The notes beneath the pieces were generated by a model, which was not told the origin of the DNA, did no database searches, and saw only the letters and a program-made list of their open reading frames with translations. A DNA stretch of 20,736 nucleotides from the NCBI GenBank assembly GCA_034439715.1, contig JAWXAY010000013.1:1-20736 (forward strand), in the 5' to 3' direction. This document shows, piece by piece, positions 16,864 to 20,736 of this stretch; the first letter of the stretch is position 1, and the number at the start of each line of letters is the position of its first letter. The translations under genes were made by a program, and so were the position numbers. This stretch comes from Pseudomonadota bacterium. Its GTDB lineage: Bacteria > Bdellovibrionota > Bdellovibrionia > Bdellovibrionales > SG-bin7.

Positions 16864-19476
16864 ATGAGTAAAAAAGGGGGGTTCTTGGAGTTGGATTTTA
16901 ACAATAATAAAATACCCAAAAATGTCCCCAGGAGTGAACCCAACAAACCCTCGGGCGAAAATATCTCCAAGAGAAACACCCGGTTTACCGACGCTTTTTC
17001 CGAAGAAGTCTTTAACCTCACTTATAAATTTGCCGGTGAGAATGATATCAATGACCGGCATCTTTCGATGGCAAAAGATTTGGCATCAGTCGAAGATCCT
17101 CGCGTTCGCGAATTTTGGACCGGTAAATTTTTAGATATACTCGAAGACTTTAAATTTGTTCCTGGTGGAAGAATCACGTCTAACGCAGGAACGGGGTTAA
17201 AAGGCACAACTTATATAAATTGTTTTGTGAGCGGGTTTAGAGGCGAAAACCAAGATTCCATGGAAGGAATAATGGACGAACTCAAACGCCAAGCGCTTAT
17301 TTTAAAGTCTGAGGGTGGCTATGGATTTTGCGCCGATGTTATGCGTCCACGTGGGGCCTACGTAGAAGGCATTGGCGGAGAGTCTCCTGGTGCCGTTAAA
17401 CTTCTTGAAATGTGGGACTCTCAGAGCGCGGTCATTACTGCCGGGAGCGGTTTTAAGAAAAAAACGACGAAGGGCAAAACCAAAATCAGAAAAGGCGCCC
17501 AGATGGTGACAATGTCGGTTTGTCATCCTGATATAGAAGAGTTTATCACCGCCAAACAAACTCCCGGCCGCCTCACCAAATTTAATATGTCTGTTTTAGT
17601 TTCAGATGAATTTATGAATGCCGTTGAAAACGGTCTCCCATGGAATTTAGAATTCCCAAATTATGAGATCAATAAAGCCGATTACAAAAAAAATTGGGAC
17701 GGCAATTTAAAAACATGGAAAGAGCGCGGCTTTCCTGTAAACGTTTACAAAACCTATGCTAATGCCTCTCAGCTTTGGGACCTCATTATGAAGTCCACTT
17801 ACCATCGAAATGAACCTGGGATATTGTTTATCGATACTATTAATAAGTTGAACAATCTTTATTATACCGAATACATAAATGCGACAAATCCGTGTGGGGA
17901 GCAGGTTTTGCCGGTGGGCGGTTGTTGTCTGTTGGGTTCTATTAACCTCACGCAGTTTATTGATAGCAAAAATCAAACTTGGGATTATGAAAAATTAAAG
18001 GAAGTCGTTGTAACAGCGGTGCGCTTTATGGACAACGTCAACGATAAAACTTTGGTTCCGTTACCCGAGCAAGAGGAAAGCCTAAAGACAAAAAGAAGAA
18101 TTGGCTTAGGGGTATTAGGTTATGGTTCGGCTCTTGTGATGATGAAATTAAGATATGGCTCACCTGAAGCATTAAAATGCACGGAAGAGCTTGGCGCTTT
18201 TATTATGAATGAGGCGTATAGGGCTTCAGCGGAGTTAGCTAAAGAAAAAGGCCCCTTCCCATTTTTTGATAAAGAGAAATATCTAAAGGGTGAGTTCGTA
18301 AAAAATCTTGAACCTAGCACTCTAGAATTAATTCGCCAGTATGGTATTAGAAACAGTCATTTGCTTTCTATTCAACCGACCGGCAACAGTTCAGTCTTTG
18401 CTAACAATGTTTCAGGCGGCCTAGAACCTCTTTTTATGACAGACTATACGAGAACCTCGATGCAACCCTTTCCGCCAGATGGGCTCGGCATTCCCAGCGA
18501 TATCAATTGGGAATCAAAGACCTTCAGTTTGAAAGGTCCCACGACGGAATGGAGTTGGGCCAAAGAAGGCGACGAAAACTTATTAGTTACTAAATTTCAT
18601 GATGAAGTTTGGAAGTTTGACTCGTCTCGTGGGTTACTCAAAGAATCTCGTGTCACAGACTACGCGGTTAGGCATCACGAAAAAAATAATTCTTGGGATC
18701 CGAGTGCGGATTGGGCAGCCACCACTTTTAATTTAAAAATTGATGATCATGTAAAAACCATGGCCGTATTTTCTCGCTACATTGATTCGGCGATGTCAAA
18801 AACGGTCAACATTCCAAATGACTATCCCTTTGACGACTTTAAACGTCTCTATTCTGAAGTTTATAAAACGGGGACTATCAAGGGTTGTACTTCTTATCGT
18901 GAGGGCACGATGATGGCCGTTCTTGCCGCCGACAGCACCGCGGTAAAGGCAGAAATAAAGGGTGTTCAGCGTACCAAGGCTACACCTCGCCCGACATCGC
19001 TCGACTGCGATATACATCATTTAACGACGTCAGGCGAAAAATGGGTTGTTTTGGTGGGCTTACTCGACAATGACCCTTACGAAGTGTTTGCGATGAAGCA
19101 AAGCGGCCTTTCGCTGCCCATAAATCTTAAAGTCGGTAAACTCGTTAAAGTAAATTCAGGTGTCTATAATTTGGAAACAGAAGACGGCTGGGTTTTACGA
19201 GATATAAGTAAATTTTTTGAATCCAATGAACAAGAAGCCTTAACGCGAATGATTTCTACAGCCCTCAGACATGGGGCTGACATTGAGTTTATTGTGTCTC
19301 AGTTAATCAAGAGCGAAGGGACGATCACGTCTTTTTCAAAAGCCATTGCCCGGACTATAAAAAGATATGTTGCCGAAGCCACAGTGCTTAAGTGCTCTGA
19401 CTGTCAGAGTGGAAACATAAAATTACAAGAGGGTTGCCTGGTTTGCTTGGATTGTGGGGGCAGTAAGTGCGAGTAG
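16864..19476 (+). CDS. nrdJ: Adenosylcobalamin-dependent (class II) ribonucleotide reductase with a C-terminal TSCPD-like domain and Zn-ribbon tail
   Basis: FVPGGRI, INCFV, EGGYG, RNEPGILFID, TNPCGEQ (thiyl radical Cys), CLLGSINL, RRIGLG, IQPTG, IDSAMSKTVN, KGCTSYR, and C-terminal CSDC..EGCLVCLDCGGSKC. No nrdB nearby. The start is uncertain (16843, 16864 or 16891). Confidence 0.92.
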   Translation: MSKKGGFLELDFNNNKIPKNVPRSEPNKPSGENISKRNTRFTDAFSEEVFNLTYKFAGENDINDRHLSMAKDLASVEDPRVREFWTGKFLDILEDFKFVPGGRITSNAGTGLKGTTYINCFVSGFRGENQDSMEGIMDELKRQALILKSEGGYGFCADVMRPRGAYVEGIGGESPGAVKLLEMWDSQSAVITAGSGFKKKTTKGKTKIRKGAQMVTMSVCHPDIEEFITAKQTPGRLTKFNMSVLVSDEFMNAVENGLPWNLEFPNYEINKADYKKNWDGNLKTWKERGFPVNVYKTYANASQLWDLIMKSTYHRNEPGILFIDTINKLNNLYYTEYINATNPCGEQVLPVGGCCLLGSINLTQFIDSKNQTWDYEKLKEVVVTAVRFMDNVNDKTLVPLPEQEESLKTKRRIGLGVLGYGSALVMMKLRYGSPEALKCTEELGAFIMNEAYRASAELAKEKGPFPFFDKEKYLKGEFVKNLEPSTLELIRQYGIRNSHLLSIQPTGNSSVFANNVSGGLEPLFMTDYTRTSMQPFPPDGLGIPSDINWESKTFSLKGPTTEWSWAKEGDENLLVTKFHDEVWKFDSSRGLLKESRVTDYAVRHHEKNNSWDPSADWAATTFNLKIDDHVKTMAVFSRYIDSAMSKTVNIPNDYPFDDFKRLYSEVYKTGTIKGCTSYREGTMMAVLAADSTAVKAEIKGVQRTKATPRPTSLDCDIHHLTTSGEKWVVLVGLLDNDPYEVFAMKQSGLSLPINLKVGKLVKVNSGVYNLETEDGWVLRDISKFFESNEQEALTRMISTALRHGADIEFIVSQLIKSEGTITSFSKAIARTIKRYVAEATVLKCSDCQSGNIKLQEGCLVCLDCGGSKCE

Positions 19477-19683
19477 CTACCCAATTCTGATAATTTTAGA
19501 CTTTGGCTTGGGTTTCCCGGAACAAGTCTTTACTAGTGTCACCCGTTTATCCAAACAAGAATCGCAGACGTAGCTAAAAAGATTGGCTTCAAGTTGTGTC
19601 TTAGGAATGAGTTTTGGAACTTCGGATTGAAATTCCACGGGACTCATTGAATGACAACTAAAGCAGTCCAATGTAAGGCTCAT
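19477..19683 (-). CDS. Small putative zinc-binding protein (two CxxC motifs, basic tail)
   Basis: MSLTLDCFSCH...VCDSCLDK...KPKPKSKIIRIG. It fills the gap between nrdJ and the next gene; ATG at 19683. Confidence 0.55.
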   Translation of the reverse strand: MSLTLDCFSCHSMSPVEFQSEVPKLIPKTQLEANLFSYVCDSCLDKRVTLVKTCSGKPKPKSKIIRIG

Positions 19684-19714
19684 AAGCAACTTATCGGAAT
19701 TAATAATCTTTGGA

Positions 19715-20593
19715 TTAACGACTAGACGAAAGACAAGGGACTGACAGGGCCTCTAAGACATCGTCAGCCAATAAAACATCATGATTAGTTGGGGCGGCAC
19801 TCTTGTATAGCCTGATTTTTTCGACGAGGTCTTTATTATTTTTTAAAAATTGAGAGTAAGAAAAATTTCTTAAGGCAACAAAAATTTCATTACGCACGCT
19901 CTCGTTGGTTGGCGAATTATCGAGGCGCTGAAAAAGTGCATTAACCAATAGCGGAGCGAACAGTTTTGCTAAGTTTTCACCAGCGACATGTTTTTCATTA
20001 CTTAAGTTATCACGATAACAATGTCGCATGTCTGCAACTGGTGGCTGTAAGAAATAACCCGCCGTCTTTTGCGCAACTTGAGCCAAATAATAGGCTGCCC
20101 CACTGGTATCTGAGTTCAAAAAATTTTGATAAAACAGCAGAAAGCTTTTTTGGCTAAAGAAGTGATTTTGCACTTCTATTTTTGGAAAGCCTTCTAACAA
20201 AAAATAAAAGGCCCAGGCGGCTTTGCGCTTTAGTGGATTATTGGGATTAGTGTCAATAAAATCCATTAGTGTCTGTGCCGCTTGATCTGAGAACGTCGAC
20301 TGCCAGCCAATGGTATCTAATGCATTGAAAGTTGTTTCCCAGCTTTCCGTTTGCTCACGAATTACAAGCAACGCGTACAATCGTTTGGCACAATTTAAAT
20401 GGTAATTAGAACCAATTTTGAGAAAGTTCAGTCCTTCTAGTAAGACATTCCCGCGTTTTCTTAAATCTTCGATTGATTCTTTTTCTTGGCAGGGGTCAAT
20501 GGTCGAATCAAACTCTGAAGAAAACGCCTGGGATGGCAGTAAGCTCAAGGTCAGAGTAGTTAGAACAATAAAAAGACGATTTAGCCAACTCAT
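19715..20593 (-). CDS. Secreted hypothetical protein, probably alpha-helical
   Basis: 292-aa ORF with Sec signal MSWLNRLFIVLTTLTLSLLPSQAFS. GGAG upstream. No family recognised. Confidence 0.75.
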   Translation of the reverse strand: MSWLNRLFIVLTTLTLSLLPSQAFSSEFDSTIDPCQEKESIEDLRKRGNVLLEGLNFLKIGSNYHLNCAKRLYALLVIREQTESWETTFNALDTIGWQSTFSDQAAQTLMDFIDTNPNNPLKRKAAWAFYFLLEGFPKIEVQNHFFSQKSFLLFYQNFLNSDTSGAAYYLAQVAQKTAGYFLQPPVADMRHCYRDNLSNEKHVAGENLAKLFAPLLVNALFQRLDNSPTNESVRNEIFVALRNFSYSQFLKNNKDLVEKIRLYKSAAPTNHDVLLADDVLEALSVPCLSSSR

Positions 20594-20651
20594 GGGCGTA
20601 TTTTACCAGCTAAACTCCAGATCCACACATTTTTTTTTAGGTATGAAATAT

Positions 20652-20735
20652 TTACAAAATTGAATTGGTTATCAACTCGGCTATATTCACCATCGCCTGC
20701 TTTAGATTCAAATTAAAATCTTTCGCTGTGTTTTG
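20652..20735 (-). CDS. Possible 3' end of a gene entering from the right edge
   Basis: The minus frame is open from the window end (QNTAKDFNLNLKQAMVNIAELITNSIL*). Too short to confirm. Confidence 0.35.
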   Translation of the reverse strand, partial: QNTAKDFNLNLKQAMVNIAELITNSIL

Positions 20736-20736
20736 A

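Noticed and set aside
16843..19476. Intein or intron in nrdJ, or a prophage context
   Set aside because: The catalytic motifs are contiguous, with no splicing or endonuclease motifs, and no phage or integrase genes are in the window.
19651..19665. CFSCH as a cytochrome c heme-binding motif
   Set aside because: The protein has no signal peptide, and a second CxxC points to zinc binding.
1507..20663. Remaining short ORFs (60-185 aa) nested in or antisense to the main genes, e.g. 6005..6424, 13077..13634, 13450..13824
   Set aside because: They overlap well-supported genes and show no recognisable motifs; treated as shadow ORFs.

Overview
Bacterial chromosomal window, moderately AT-rich. The gene mix tentatively suggests Bdellovibrionota/Oligoflexia; this is inference only. 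Minus strand 1-8.9 kb, in coordinate order: a truncated lipoprotein with tandem 168-aa repeats that the ORF track missed, a beta-propeller-like DUF protein, an aldehyde dehydrogenase, a 42-aa membrane peptide, a DUF1989 + YqcI/YcgG (heme guanidine N-hydroxylase family) pair, a general stress protein, a BON protein, and an H-NOX / hybrid histidine kinase / Hpt phosphorelay with no output regulator. Two consensus sigma54 promoters are present, one with a perfect 18-bp direct repeat upstream that may be an enhancer. An unknown exported membrane protein follows. The plus strand carries the most unusual element: a two-gene operon of exported glycan-active fusion proteins (divergent OpgG/OpgD-like GH186 domain + right-handed beta-helix; GH35-like domain + fungal-type GH15 glucoamylase). 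A class II (B12-dependent) ribonucleotide reductase, a small CxxC protein and a secreted hypothetical end the window. No RNA genes, CRISPR arrays or mobile elements were recognised.
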